Virus record (IMG/VR): IMGVR_UViG_2974569193_000001
Location: 108,702-172,701 of that record
Strand: one strand, 5' to 3'
Source: a virus
Taxonomy: Duplodnaviria > Heunggongvirae > Uroviricota > Caudoviricetes
DNA: 64,000 nucleotides
The notes beneath the pieces are model-generated. The model did no database searches, was not told where the DNA came from, and saw only the letters and a list, made by a program, of their open reading frames with translations. Both the position numbers and the translations under genes were made by a program. Positions 51,583-60,936 of this stretch are shown piece after piece (within the stretch, counting starts at the first letter, position 1; each line of letters opens with the position of its first letter).

Positions 51583-52558
51583 TGACGGCTTCCTCCTTCT
51601 TTTGTTGGCGGGCCTTGCGGCGGTGCGTGTACGCCGCGCGCAGGGCCTGGGTGGTGTCGTCGTGCGTGCCCAGGTCAATCCCATCGGGCGCGACGACGCT
51701 GTTCTTCAGGCCGAACCGGTAGCCCTCGGCCTCCAGTTCGTAGATCGCCTGCTCCTCGTGCATCTGGGCGAGGTGGCGGTAGTATTCCGCCAGGGCCAGT
51801 TCGTAGTCGCCCAGGAAGACGCGCGCGCTGCGCTCGGTCCCGGCGACCTCGGCGTGGAAGGTCAGCAGGAACCGGCCAGGGCCGACATGCGTCAGCTTGT
51901 AGCCGGTCTCGGCCAGGACCTCCTCGACGGTCTTGACGACCTCGTAGATGTGGAAGGTCCACACCGACTCGATGTGGGTGTCGTGGTAGAGGTACTCGTG
52001 CTCGGGCTTCTGCTCGCCGATGTAGGGACCCCACTTGTGATAGCGCCAGCCGCCGCTTTCGGGCTGATGCTCGCGGCGCACCTCGACCATCGAGATGAAG
52101 TAGTTGGTGTCCGGATCGTCGATCAGGTCCGGGATCAGCGCCAGCAGTTGCTCGGGGCCGTCGCAGACGCCGTAGCTGTCGATGGGTTCGGCGATGCGCT
52201 TGTAGCCGTCGGCCACCGGCGGCAGGTCCTCGTTGTCCAGGTCGCCCACGACCTCGATCTTGTACTTGTCGTAGAGGAGCTTGATGCGCGCCTCGCGGCG
52301 CTCGCCATCGGCCTTGATCCAGGCGCGGAACGCAGCGGTGCGCTCATCCTCGGTCTGGCCGGCCTTGTACTCAGGCCCCCAGCGGCCCCACTTGTCCTCG
52401 ATCTTCTCGACGATCTCGTACTCGGGGTTCCAGGAGCCCAGCGCGAAGACGCCCTGGGCCAGCCGCTTGGGAAAGCCCGAGCGCTTGCTGCTCTCGGCGA
52501 TCATGCGAGCGATGGGATCGACGGCCGAGGCCGGGCGCGGGGTGATGTCGTAGAGCAT
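51575..52558 (-). CDS. hypothetical protein
   Basis: 327 aa. Confidence 0.55.
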   Translation of the reverse strand: MLYDITPRPASAVDPIARMIAESSKRSGFPKRLAQGVFALGSWNPEYEIVEKIEDKWGRWGPEYKAGQTEDERTAAFRAWIKADGERREARIKLLYDKYKIEVVGDLDNEDLPPVADGYKRIAEPIDSYGVCDGPEQLLALIPDLIDDPDTNYFISMVEVRREHQPESGGWRYHKWGPYIGEQKPEHEYLYHDTHIESVWTFHIYEVVKTVEEVLAETGYKLTHVGPGRFLLTFHAEVAGTERSARVFLGDYELALAEYYRHLAQMHEEQAIYELEAEGYRFGLKNSVVAPDGIDLGTHDDTTQALRAAYTHRRKARQQKKEEAVNG

Positions 52559-52857
52559 CAGGCGGCGCCCTGGGCGATTTCGTAGACGATCTTGGAGATG
52601 CCGCCGAGGTCCACGGTGAAGCGGTCCTCCGAGCCATCGAAGATGTACTGCCCGACGCAGCCGATCGGCAGCATCTTGCCGTTATCCAGGTAGATGGCGT
52701 GCGGGGTGGCCTCGACCACGCCCCGGATCGCGCCTTGCTCTTCAGTCGGCGCCATGTCCACGAAGGTGTCCTTGGCGCTCTTGATCCGAACCACCGCCAC
52801 GCGAAGACGCGCGCCCGGCTGGTTGAGTTTGGCAATCAGGTCGGCGGTGGTTTGCAC
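52558..52857 (-). CDS. hypothetical protein
   Basis: 99 aa; GTG start after a cassette promoter and leader. Confidence 0.5.
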   Translation of the reverse strand: MQTTADLIAKLNQPGARLRVAVVRIKSAKDTFVDMAPTEEQGAIRGVVEATPHAIYLDNGKMLPIGCVGQYIFDGSEDRFTVDLGGISKIVYEIAQGAA

Positions 52858-52918
52858 GCGGGTCTCCTCTATGTCGTCGTCCCGACCCTCTTAGGTGGAG
52901 TTTCCACTTCTGTCAACA
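52858..52918 (-). promoter_or_regulatory. cassette promoter and leader
   Basis: GTGTGTTGACAG, 17 bp, TAAGAG, then GGTCGGGACGACGACATAGAGGAGACC, then CGC-GTG. Confidence 0.55.
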
Positions 52919-52935
52919 CACAACCGCCAGCAGGC

Positions 52936-52972
52936 AAAAAGAAACCGCCGACCCGAGGGCCGGCGGTTTTGG
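52936..52972. terminator. bidirectional rho-independent terminator
   Basis: CAAAAAGA-AACCGCCG-acccgagggc-CGGCGGTT-TTGGG, with T-rich tracts on both strands; lies after gene 52990..54852. Confidence 0.6.
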
Positions 52973-52989
52973 GAGGTGTGGGCTCGCGA

Positions 52990-54852
52990 CTAGACGTCGA
53001 GGATGAAGTAGCGCTCGCTGGACGGGCCGTCGACTTCAACGACAAAGCCCGCCGCCTTCAGGGCCTCGATTGCCTTGGCGGTGTGGTAGAGCGACAGCGA
53101 GGACGCTTCGCTGATCCGGGACAGCGAGAAGCCATGCTCGGCGATCTTGAGGTCTTGCAGCGACAGTTCGTTCAGGGTGGTGATCACCACGCCGGCCGGG
53201 GCCAGTTCGTAGGCGCCCTCGAAATCGCGATCCTCCGAGAGGCGCACAAGGCCCTCCTGCTCGATGTTGTCCATCAGCGCGGCCAGGAACTCCGGATCGA
53301 CGTACCCGACGTGGCTGCGGATTTCGCTCAGATAGGCCGGGCCGTCGATGTCGACGGCATTGAGCACCGCCAGCAGGGCGATGCCCGGCATGACCGCGAC
53401 GACTTGCTCGGCCTTCTCCTCCTCGGACAGTTCGACCGGGATGCCGGCGCCGCGCGACAGCGGGATCACGGCCTCGTCCGGGTGCGTCTCGATATAGGCC
53501 TTGATCGCCCGCAGCGCGGACAGGAAGTGCGCCTGGGGGATTTCGTCCAGCTTGAACGTGATGCAGTCATCGTCGGTCAGGGGGTAGTGGGCGCGCAGGT
53601 TGGCGACGATGTCTTCGGGCCAAGCCTCCAGCACCGCGTCCCACAAAGCCTTGGGCATGTGGAAGGCGCCGAAGGACAGGGACTGCTCGGGCGTGGCGCT
53701 TTCGACGGCGGCGATGGACTCGTCGATGCTGGCGGCGCTGTAGCCGCCGACATAGCCGTTTTGCGACGCGTGGAGGACCTCGGCGGCCTCCTCGGCGCTC
53801 AGCCCCGTGATGGTCTTCTCCACGGCGTCCTCGGGCTCCTGGAGCGGCTCCAGGGTCTTCAGCCGATCGCTCAGGCCCTGGATGGACTCGTAGGCTTCGG
53901 CCGCGTCAACGTCGAGCTTCAGCGTCAAGCGCTCCGGCCGGGCGCTGAACTCCTCGCCCGTGATGGTGTAGGCGCCGTCGCGCTCCAGGATTTCCAGGTT
54001 CAGGAAACGCCCAGTGTCGTTGAGGGCGCGGAAGCGCGCATAGAGCGCGTCCTGCTCGATCAGATCGGTGAAGATGCCCTTGTCGAGCGCGAACAGCAGG
54101 TCACCGTAGGACCGCAACGCCTCGCCTTCGACGAAGGGCGCGCTCTCCTCGGGCTGCTCCCGCGTGAAGCGTAGGCCCGGCCCGGTGGTTTCGGTCTCTT
54201 GCGGCTTGATGAGGGGTTCTTCGATCACGGGGGCTTTCTCCTTGAAGATGATGGAGGTCAGTTCGTTCAGCGAAACCGACCAGTTGGTGTCGACCTGGGC
54301 GGCATAGCGGCCGGAAAGGTCGTTCCATTCGACCTTGCCGATCTCACCGCTGAGCATCTTGCTGTCCCAGGCCGAAGGGAACGTGACGTCGGCGCCGCCG
54401 AAGAAGTCGGTCAGGTGCCCCGCGAAGGCCTCGATGTCCTCGCGGGTCGCCGGGCGCACTTCACGCAGCGGGTAGGAGTGATGGACGCCGGGCCGCGCGT
54501 CTTCGATCTCGACGAAGATCGGCCCGTGCTCGGTGTGGAAGCGCTGGGTGTAGCCGATCATCTCGCCTTGGGGGGTCATGACCATCACCGGTAGGGCCGA
54601 GAACTTGTGGTTCAGCCGATCCACATAGTCGCTCGGATAGGCGGTGGTCGTGTAGATCAGGTTGTCGCCGCGCCGCACGCCGCTGTAGTCGATCACGCAG
54701 AGGGGCACGGCGGTGCCCGGCGGCAGGCGCGGGCGGTCGACGAAGACCTGACCATCGGCCACCGGCGGGGACGATCCATGGATATAGGGGAGCACCTCGC
54801 TGAAGGTGGCGGTCCAGGCGGGCTTGACCCGGTCGAGGAAAGTTTCGGTCAA
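52990..54852 (-). CDS. large hypothetical protein
   Basis: 620 aa, clean ORF; ends at a hairpin terminator. Confidence 0.6.
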   Translation of the reverse strand: MTETFLDRVKPAWTATFSEVLPYIHGSSPPVADGQVFVDRPRLPPGTAVPLCVIDYSGVRRGDNLIYTTTAYPSDYVDRLNHKFSALPVMVMTPQGEMIGYTQRFHTEHGPIFVEIEDARPGVHHSYPLREVRPATREDIEAFAGHLTDFFGGADVTFPSAWDSKMLSGEIGKVEWNDLSGRYAAQVDTNWSVSLNELTSIIFKEKAPVIEEPLIKPQETETTGPGLRFTREQPEESAPFVEGEALRSYGDLLFALDKGIFTDLIEQDALYARFRALNDTGRFLNLEILERDGAYTITGEEFSARPERLTLKLDVDAAEAYESIQGLSDRLKTLEPLQEPEDAVEKTITGLSAEEAAEVLHASQNGYVGGYSAASIDESIAAVESATPEQSLSFGAFHMPKALWDAVLEAWPEDIVANLRAHYPLTDDDCITFKLDEIPQAHFLSALRAIKAYIETHPDEAVIPLSRGAGIPVELSEEEKAEQVVAVMPGIALLAVLNAVDIDGPAYLSEIRSHVGYVDPEFLAALMDNIEQEGLVRLSEDRDFEGAYELAPAGVVITTLNELSLQDLKIAEHGFSLSRISEASSLSLYHTAKAIEALKAAGFVVEVDGPSSERYFILDV

Positions 54853-54861
54853 GGTGGTCCC

Positions 54862-55326
54862 CTATTCGCTCGGAATGACGGACGCCGGGGCGTCCAGGTC
54901 GAAGGTCTCGCCCTCATCGGTGAGGGCGAAGGTGGCGTAGCCGTCAGGGCTCTTGACCATGGACAGCATCTTGATCAGGCCGTGCTTCTCCAGCGCCTGG
55001 GCGGCGGGATAGTCGGCGTGCTGGTAGAAGACGTTGAGCCGCCCGCCGTTACCCAGGATGCGCACGCTGCGCAGCAACATGGCCTCTTGCTCGCTCAAGC
55101 CCAGCGTACCCTTGATCCGCACGCGGGCCAGATGCACGTCGATCACATGCGTTTGGCCCTCATGCTCGAACTCGATGATCGCCAGCGGCCCGAACGAGCC
55201 GTTGGTCACCGCCAGGATCACGCCCTCGAACTCGGTCGTCTTGCGGGCGGTGATCGGGACGTAGTAGTCGAAGAACACGGTCTTGCCCTTCATCACGTGG
55301 TGGGCCTGGGGCGCGACAGTGCTCAT
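54862..55326 (-). CDS. hypothetical protein
   Basis: 154 aa. Confidence 0.5.
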   Translation of the reverse strand: MSTVAPQAHHVMKGKTVFFDYYVPITARKTTEFEGVILAVTNGSFGPLAIIEFEHEGQTHVIDVHLARVRIKGTLGLSEQEAMLLRSVRILGNGGRLNVFYQHADYPAAQALEKHGLIKMLSMVKSPDGYATFALTDEGETFDLDAPASVIPSE

Positions 55327-55574
55327 GTTGTGGAGTCCTTCTTGCGGGCGGTGTAGTGGAACTCGTCGTGCATGCGCCCGTCCAAGGTGATCTCGTAGCC
55401 GGGACCCAGTTCAGCCAGGATGCGCGCCTCGATCTCGGCGAAGTCGATGTTGGCCATCGCACGCTCGGCCGCCGCCGCCTGCTCCAGAAAGCTGCTCCTG
55501 ATCTTGGCGCCGGCCTCGGTACGGATCGGGATGTTCTGGATGGGTGGCTCGGACTTGGACAGGCGCTCGGTCAT
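55323..55574 (-). CDS. hypothetical protein
   Basis: C-terminal 83 aa of ORF 55323..55739 (MTERLSKSEPPIQN...), start overlapping the gcrA stop as TGATG. Confidence 0.45.
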   Translation of the reverse strand: MTERLSKSEPPIQNIPIRTEAGAKIRSSFLEQAAAAERAMANIDFAEIEARILAELGPGYEITLDGRMHDEFHYTARKKDSTT

Positions 55575-56119
55575 CAAGCCCTCTTTTTCTTGCCGACGTG
55601 CGAGGGGCGCGTGGCGGCCTTGTAGACGAATGGGCGATAGGCCATGCGGTGGTGGTCGATGCAGTAGACGCCCTGCGCGGTGCGGCACCCGCAATGGCCG
55701 AAGTTCTGGTCGGTCGGGTCGCCGTAGGGCCAGCGGCACATCCCGCGCCCCAGGCTCAGGGTGGGGACGACAGTCTCGGGACGCACCGGGATCGGCGCCT
55801 GCCCCTCGGGGACCAGTTCGATCTTGGGCTTCGAAGGCGTTTCGGCCTTGGGCTTGGCGGCTTTCTTGGGCTTGGCGACCTTGACCTTCTTGATCTGGAT
55901 GCCGTAGCCGCGCGTTTTCTTGCGGCGCTCCTGGAGCGGCAAGACCTTGTCGCCCAGTTCGCCCTTCTGGCGCAGGCGATCGCCCATGCCGCAGACGGCG
56001 CTCTTGCTGCGCGGCTCGCGTAGCATTTCCCCGATCTGCTTGGTCCCGACAGGCTCGGCCCAGAGCTTCTTGAGCAGGGCGATGTCCTCGGCCAGCCAGT
56101 CCGACTTACGCTTCTTCAC
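55574..56119 (-). CDS. gcrA: GcrA-family cell-cycle regulator homologue
   Basis: 181 aa. N-terminal W..E....LKKLWAEPVGTKQIGEMLR and C-terminal CRWPYGDP...FGHCGC...GVYCIDHHRMAY follow the GcrA pattern (N-terminal DNA-binding helix, C-terminal Cys/His cluster). Confidence 0.8.
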   Translation of the reverse strand: MKKRKSDWLAEDIALLKKLWAEPVGTKQIGEMLREPRSKSAVCGMGDRLRQKGELGDKVLPLQERRKKTRGYGIQIKKVKVAKPKKAAKPKAETPSKPKIELVPEGQAPIPVRPETVVPTLSLGRGMCRWPYGDPTDQNFGHCGCRTAQGVYCIDHHRMAYRPFVYKAATRPSHVGKKKRA

Positions 56120-56127
56120 CTTGAACG

Positions 56128-56316
56128 CTACTCCTGTTTTGCCTTGGCGGGGCGCCGGCGGCTCGTGGGATGGGGGACGAACACCAGGGCGACGGTCGAG
56201 CCGCCGGTGTAAAAGGTCCGGCGGCTATAGAGCCAACCGCCCTCGACTTCCAGGCGATCGGTGACTTGCCCGTCCGCTTCGTCGACTTTTTCCCATTTCG
56301 TCTTCTTGGCCATGTG
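56128..56316 (-). CDS. hypothetical small protein
   Basis: Start at MAKKTKWEKV with SD GAGGGG. Confidence 0.4.
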   Translation of the reverse strand, partial: HMAKKTKWEKVDEADGQVTDRLEVEGGWLYSRRTFYTGGSTVALVFVPHPTSRRRPAKAKQE

Positions 56317-56449
56317 CCCCTCGAAATTCGCCGGCACCCTAGAGACGCGCCGATGTGTTGACAAGCGCAAAATAGCTCTGGCTGGCGAGTGTTGACAAGG
56401 AGGCGGTGGTCCCTTAGAAGGGCGGCGACGACAACGAAAGGAGGCGCCG
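56317..56449. promoter_or_regulatory. divergent control region with tandem GTGTTGACAAG boxes
   Basis: Plus strand: GTGTTGACAAG at 56356-56366 and again at 56390-56400; the second is followed after 17 bp by TAGAAG and GG-CGGCGACGACAAC-GA-AAGGAGG, then CGCCG-ATG (56450). The same boxes read TTGTCAACAC on the minus strand upstream of the 56316 gene and gcrA. Confidence 0.55.
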
Positions 56450-56749
56450 ATGCGCTACGTTCTGGAGTACATGGACTGCGACGACCAGATCGTCCAGGTC
56501 GACTTCGAGGCCGCCACCCGCGCCTCGGCGATCGCCAAGGCCAAGCGCCTCTTCGTGAAGGCGGTCGAGGCCAGCGGTCGGTCGATCTTCACCGGCTATA
56601 TGTTCGAGGACCACTCGATCACCATGAAGGTGAAGCTGGTCCCGTTCGGCACCCTGAGCCGCTACCTGGGTCTGGGCAAGGTCACCGTCGCCAACATCGC
56701 GTTCGACGACCGCGACGCCAAGATCGCCCGCCAGGACATGGCCGCATGA
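56450..56749 (+). CDS. hypothetical protein
   Basis: 99 aa; first gene after the tandem cassette promoters. Confidence 0.5.
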   Translation: MRYVLEYMDCDDQIVQVDFEAATRASAIAKAKRLFVKAVEASGRSIFTGYMFEDHSITMKVKLVPFGTLSRYLGLGKVTVANIAFDDRDAKIARQDMAA

Positions 56750-56958
56750 TCAGGGTCGAGGACGTCAAGCCCGGCTTCATCTATCGCGGCGGCAAGGGCG
56801 GCGCCCTGCGCCAAGTGGTCAGCTACGGCGCCCACGAGGGCTTTGTCTGCTGGGCCAACCCGCACGATCGCCTGCCCTATGGCGGGTTCCTCACCACCAC
56901 CTGCACCAGCCGGGCGTCGTTCGCCCGCTGGGCCGACAAGATCGAGGAAGAGGTTTGA
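56746..56958 (+). CDS. hypothetical protein
   Basis: MIRVEDVKPGF... (70 aa), the in-frame C-terminal part of ORF 56389..56958, with ATGA overlap to the upstream gene. Confidence 0.45.
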   Translation: MIRVEDVKPGFIYRGGKGGALRQVVSYGAHEGFVCWANPHDRLPYGGFLTTTCTSRASFARWADKIEEEV

Positions 56959-57245
56959 TCACCACCTTCCTACGCTGCACCCACCGCGACGCCGAGGGGC
57001 GTCGGTACCTGGAGTTCCGCGAGCCAGACCTCGTCCAGCGTCTCTATGTGCGCAAGCCGGCCGACGATTGGACCCAGGGCTACCCTATCGTCCTGGAGGA
57101 CTTCTACAGTGGCTCGCCCGGCGGCAAGACCCTCTTCCAGGCCGGCAAGCGCCGGGGCTGCGGCATCGGAGCGTTCTTTCGCGCCTACCCCGAGGTCTAC
57201 AGCCTCATCGTTTTGCGCCAGGAGGCACTCGATGCCCAGGTCTAA
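56955..57245 (+). CDS. hypothetical protein
   Basis: 96 aa; TTG start overlapping the upstream TGA. Confidence 0.5.
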   Translation: MITTFLRCTHRDAEGRRYLEFREPDLVQRLYVRKPADDWTQGYPIVLEDFYSGSPGGKTLFQAGKRRGCGIGAFFRAYPEVYSLIVLRQEALDAQV

Positions 57246-57495
57246 GCGCCCCAACCTGCCGATCACCGTCGCCGACCTCAAGGCGTTCCTGGAGAAGTTC
57301 CCGGACGACATGAAGGTCGGCATCCGCGCCGGCGGCGGACGCTTCACTGGCTTCACCGAGGTCGAGGTCAAGAACCTCACCTCCTACGGCGCCGAGAAGG
57401 ATCGCCTGACCATGGAGACCTCTCGCGGGGCCAACATCTTCAAAGGCTACAAGGGCAAGATTTCCGAGCCCTTCGACGCCCTGATCTTCGACTAG
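57232..57495 (+). CDS. hypothetical protein
   Basis: MPRSKRPNLPITVADLKAF... (87 aa), the in-frame part of ORF 57046..57495, with SD GGAGG. Confidence 0.45.
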   Translation: MPRSKRPNLPITVADLKAFLEKFPDDMKVGIRAGGGRFTGFTEVEVKNLTSYGAEKDRLTMETSRGANIFKGYKGKISEPFDALIFD

Positions 57496-57503
57496 GAGGG
57501 ACC

Positions 57504-57758
57504 ATGAGCAATCGCGTTTGGATCGAACTCGAAAAGCCAAAGACGGCCGAGGAAGGCAAGGCGCGCGCCGCGCTTCTCTGCAAGATGCTCGGCCGGCTGG
57601 GCGTCGAGTTCGGCCGCTATCCCGCCGTGTTCTGGAGTGAGCGCGACGGCAACTACGCCTTCACCCTCGATGGCGGTGGCAGCTACGCCGTCTGCGAGGG
57701 CGCTGATCCTGGCCACTGGTACAACCTGGACTACATAGTGGAGGGGCTCGAAGCGTGA
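57504..57758 (+). CDS. hypothetical protein
   Basis: 84 aa; SD AGGAGGG. Confidence 0.5.
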   Translation: MSNRVWIELEKPKTAEEGKARAALLCKMLGRLGVEFGRYPAVFWSERDGNYAFTLDGGGSYAVCEGADPGHWYNLDYIVEGLEA

Positions 57759-58153
57759 CCCAGGACACCTTCCCGCCGATCCGTTCCCGCGAAGCCAGGG
57801 ACGAGGAAATCCATGGCTTCGTCGTCCGCTACGGCTGGTTCTGGAACGTGGTGATGCTGAACGGCGACATCCTGGCGTTCGACCCCGACGACGTCGATCC
57901 GTGCCGCTACGGCGTGACCGACAAGGACGCCTTCCGCAACCTCGCCGGCCCGGTCGAGACGATCGTCTCCTACGAGTGCGTCCAGGGCTGGCACGCCAAG
58001 GCCAAGCACCTGTCGGGCTGGACCGAGCGCCACGACGACCGCCTCGAAGCCCTGCGCACGGCCTATCGCCGGCTGGAGGCGCAGCGCGAGCGCAACTCCA
58101 AGGCTCTGGAGGAGCACGGCGGCATCTTCAAATTCCTGGAGAAGCAGGACTGA
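57755..58153 (+). CDS. hypothetical protein
   Basis: 132 aa; GTG start overlapping the upstream TGA. Confidence 0.5.
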   Translation: MTQDTFPPIRSREARDEEIHGFVVRYGWFWNVVMLNGDILAFDPDDVDPCRYGVTDKDAFRNLAGPVETIVSYECVQGWHAKAKHLSGWTERHDDRLEALRTAYRRLEAQRERNSKALEEHGGIFKFLEKQD

Positions 58154-58154
58154 C

Positions 58155-58346
58155 GTGCTGACCAACGAGGAGATCACCTTCGCGGGCCTGATCCGGGCCA
58201 TGGAGGACGCCCGCCGCGAAGCCCGCGCGGTGGGCGATCTCCTCAAGTCCGCCGAGATCGACGGCTGGTTCAAGGAGCACGCGCCGATCATCCGGGCGAT
58301 CCGCGACAAGGCCGAAGCCGACGAATTCGACAATCCGTTGGCGTGA
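58155..58346 (+). CDS. hypothetical protein
   Basis: 63 aa; GTG start. Confidence 0.4.
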   Translation: MLTNEEITFAGLIRAMEDARREARAVGDLLKSAEIDGWFKEHAPIIRAIRDKAEADEFDNPLA

Positions 58347-58349
58347 GAG

Positions 58350-58410
58350 TGTTGACAGCCTCGCCGCGCCCGGTTAAAAGCCTCCTCGACGACAACGCAA
58401 GGAGCCTGTC
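58350..58410 (+). promoter_or_regulatory. canonical cassette promoter and leader
   Basis: GTGTTGACAG (58350-58359), 16-17 bp, TTAAAAG, then CCTCCT-CGACGACAAC-GC-AAGGAGC, then CTGTC-TTG. Confidence 0.6.
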
Positions 58411-59574
58411 TTGACCGATTTCCCGATCATCCGCGCCGCCATCGAAGGCCGCCGCGCCGCCGCGTTCGACACGATGCTGGCCAATGCCGACGCCTTCGCC
58501 GCCGAGGGCGTGCTGATCAAGGCCGAGTTCGAGGACATCAAGGGCGTCTTCACCCGCTGCATCGACGCGGCCTGGGAGGTCGTGCGCAAACGCTACTTCT
58601 TCATCGACCACGCCCTGCGCACCAAGGAAGTCGAGGACCTCTTCTGGAGCTTCTCGATCCCCTACCCGCACGTCCTGCCGGGCTACCTGAAGAAGACCCT
58701 GGCGGCCAAGAACATCCCGTCCAACGTCCGCGAGGACCTCGTGGCCCTGTTCAACGAGGGCATCGCCCTCAACGACAAGCTGGTGGCGCTCAAGCCCCTG
58801 ATCGGCAAGCGCGCGCCCAAGAAGACCAAGGTCGAGATCGAGCGCGAGGGCAAGGAGCGCACCTGCCAAATCTGCGGTCGCGGCATCCTGGCCGAGGGCG
58901 GCACCATCGCCCACCACGGCTATACCCGTCCCGGCTACGGCTGGCAGACCGCCTCCTGCTCAGGCGCCCGCGAGGTCCCGTTCGAGATCAGCCGCGACGA
59001 ACTGCGCAAGGAGATCGAGGCCCTCAAGGCGTGGCGCGTGCGCAAACTCGCCGAGCGCGCCCGGATCGAGGCCGAGGAAGTCAAGCTGGTGCTGAAGTAT
59101 CAGGTCTCCGAGCAGGACCCGCGCCGCGCGCAGGGCTTCAAGCTGACCGTCGATCGCCAGATCGAAGTCACCCGCGACACCTTCGAGGCCCTGAAGGTCT
59201 CCACGCCCGAGGCCTTCTCGGGCAAGTACAACCCCCGCAAGGAGGGCAAGTACACCTACGAGGCCCTGACCTTCGATGGTCTCAAGACCCAAGCCATCGG
59301 CATGGTCGACATCGAGATCGGCCGCCTGGACACTGACATCCTCCGCCAGCAGGCCCGCTATGACGGCTGGACCCAGAAGGCGATCTTTGGCGCCGGCCGC
59401 TATTGGTTCATCGGCGAGACGGTCCGCGTCCCCGGCGGCGACACCGGCAAGATCAAGGGCTTCTACCAGCACGTCCCGCCGCAGCCCGGCGACATCGCCG
59501 GCGGCCTCTACCTGGAGCAGGAAGCCGGCGGCCACAAGTCCTGGAACGTGGCCGAACTGGAAGCGGTGGGCTGA
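58411..59574 (+). CDS. hypothetical protein (CxxC zinc-ribbon centre)
   Basis: 387 aa; TTG start after a cassette promoter and leader; CQICGRG...HHGYTRPGYGWQTASC. Confidence 0.55.
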   Translation: MTDFPIIRAAIEGRRAAAFDTMLANADAFAAEGVLIKAEFEDIKGVFTRCIDAAWEVVRKRYFFIDHALRTKEVEDLFWSFSIPYPHVLPGYLKKTLAAKNIPSNVREDLVALFNEGIALNDKLVALKPLIGKRAPKKTKVEIEREGKERTCQICGRGILAEGGTIAHHGYTRPGYGWQTASCSGAREVPFEISRDELRKEIEALKAWRVRKLAERARIEAEEVKLVLKYQVSEQDPRRAQGFKLTVDRQIEVTRDTFEALKVSTPEAFSGKYNPRKEGKYTYEALTFDGLKTQAIGMVDIEIGRLDTDILRQQARYDGWTQKAIFGAGRYWFIGETVRVPGGDTGKIKGFYQHVPPQPGDIAGGLYLEQEAGGHKSWNVAELEAVG

Positions 59575-59975
59575 TGCGCTTCGTCTCCCAGACCCAACCC
59601 TATTGCCGCTGCTGTGGCAAGCCGATCAAGAAGTTCACGACCCGCCTGACGTTCGGCAAGCGCGAGTACAAGGACCACGGCTGGTCGATCGACCGCACTG
59701 AAAAGCCGATGTCGAAGGAGGAACTCCAGCGCGCCGTCAACGGGAAGATCATCTCGTTCTCGTGGGATCACGATACGACCTATGGCGCCGACTATCAGCC
59801 CATCCGCACGAAGACCCACATTGGCGAGGCCAATGTCTGGGACGGCGAGACCTACGAGGCGGAGTTCTTCTGCACCCTGCGGTGCGCCGCCGCTTTCGGC
59901 GAGATGGCCGCCCGTGAATATCCGGGCCTCCACACCCAGACCTACGCTGACGCCATGAGAAAGAGGGAGGGCTAA
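59574..59975 (+). CDS. hypothetical Cys-rich protein
   Basis: MRFVSQTQPYCRCCGKPIKK... (133 aa); ATG overlaps the upstream TGA; C-terminal CTLRC. Confidence 0.5.
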   Translation: MRFVSQTQPYCRCCGKPIKKFTTRLTFGKREYKDHGWSIDRTEKPMSKEELQRAVNGKIISFSWDHDTTYGADYQPIRTKTHIGEANVWDGETYEAEFFCTLRCAAAFGEMAAREYPGLHTQTYADAMRKREG

Positions 59976-60697
59976 TGTCCGACGAGATCAGGAAGACCCA
60001 CGAAGCCTTCGGCGTGATCGGCTACAGCCACACCCAGGGCGACACCGATCTGGTCGGCGTCGACTACGCCCAAGGGCACTACGTGTCCCTGACGATCAAG
60101 ACGGCGATCGCCTACGAGGGCGAGACGCATGATCGCTTCCACGGCGACAAGTACATCTGCAAGGTGTCGATGAGCGAGGTCCAGTGGGCCTCCTTCATCG
60201 CCAACCCCAATCGGGGCGACGGCGTGCCCTGCACCTTGCAGTTCTACCGTGACCCGCTGACCGGCGAGGCCAAGCAGCCCAAGTACATGCGCGAGCGCCT
60301 GACCCGCATCGACCGCACCCGCGAGGCCGTCACCGCCCGCGCCAAGGCCCTGTCGACCAAGGTCAAGGAAGCGCAGGCCGAACTCCAGCGGCTGATGGAC
60401 GGCGGACCGATCAAGAAGGGCGACCTCAAAGCGCTCAAGGACCTGCTCTACTTCGCCAACCAGGACATGGACATGAACCTGGGCTACTTCGTCGAGCGGG
60501 TCGAGGAGACCATCGACAAGGCGGTGGTCGACGCCAAGGCCCAGGTCGACGCTCACGTCGATTTCGTGGTCCGGGAACTGGGCGTGCGCGCCCTGGGCTC
60601 GCGGCTGCAAGCAGCGATCGACGCAGGCCATGAGCCGGGCGCGGTCGGCCAAGCCCTGCTTGACGCGATAGCCCCGCCCCAGGAGCCGCCGACGTGA
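59975..60697 (+). CDS. hypothetical protein
   Basis: 240 aa. The antisense ORF 59972..60703 is an artefact. Confidence 0.55.
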   Translation: MSDEIRKTHEAFGVIGYSHTQGDTDLVGVDYAQGHYVSLTIKTAIAYEGETHDRFHGDKYICKVSMSEVQWASFIANPNRGDGVPCTLQFYRDPLTGEAKQPKYMRERLTRIDRTREAVTARAKALSTKVKEAQAELQRLMDGGPIKKGDLKALKDLLYFANQDMDMNLGYFVERVEETIDKAVVDAKAQVDAHVDFVVRELGVRALGSRLQAAIDAGHEPGAVGQALLDAIAPPQEPPT

Positions 60698-60936
60698 GGA
60701 CACCCCGCTTCCTGAACCGCTGGCGCGACGGCGACATCGCCGAGGAAAAGGCCTTCCAGACCAAGGGGCTGGCCTTCGCCCATGCCGCGCGCATCGCCAG
60801 CCGCCTGGGCGAGATCGTTCGTGTCGAGCACCAGGAACCCATCAGCCAAGCCTCCCCGAACTGGGCGGTGGTCGAGAAGTGGTCCTTCCACCCCGACGGC
60901 CGCATGACCCGTGACCTCAAGAAGGAAGTCCTATGA
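60694..60936 (+). CDS. hypothetical protein
   Basis: 80 aa; GTG start with GTGA overlap. Confidence 0.45.
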   Translation: MRTPRFLNRWRDGDIAEEKAFQTKGLAFAHAARIASRLGEIVRVEHQEPISQASPNWAVVEKWSFHPDGRMTRDLKKEVL

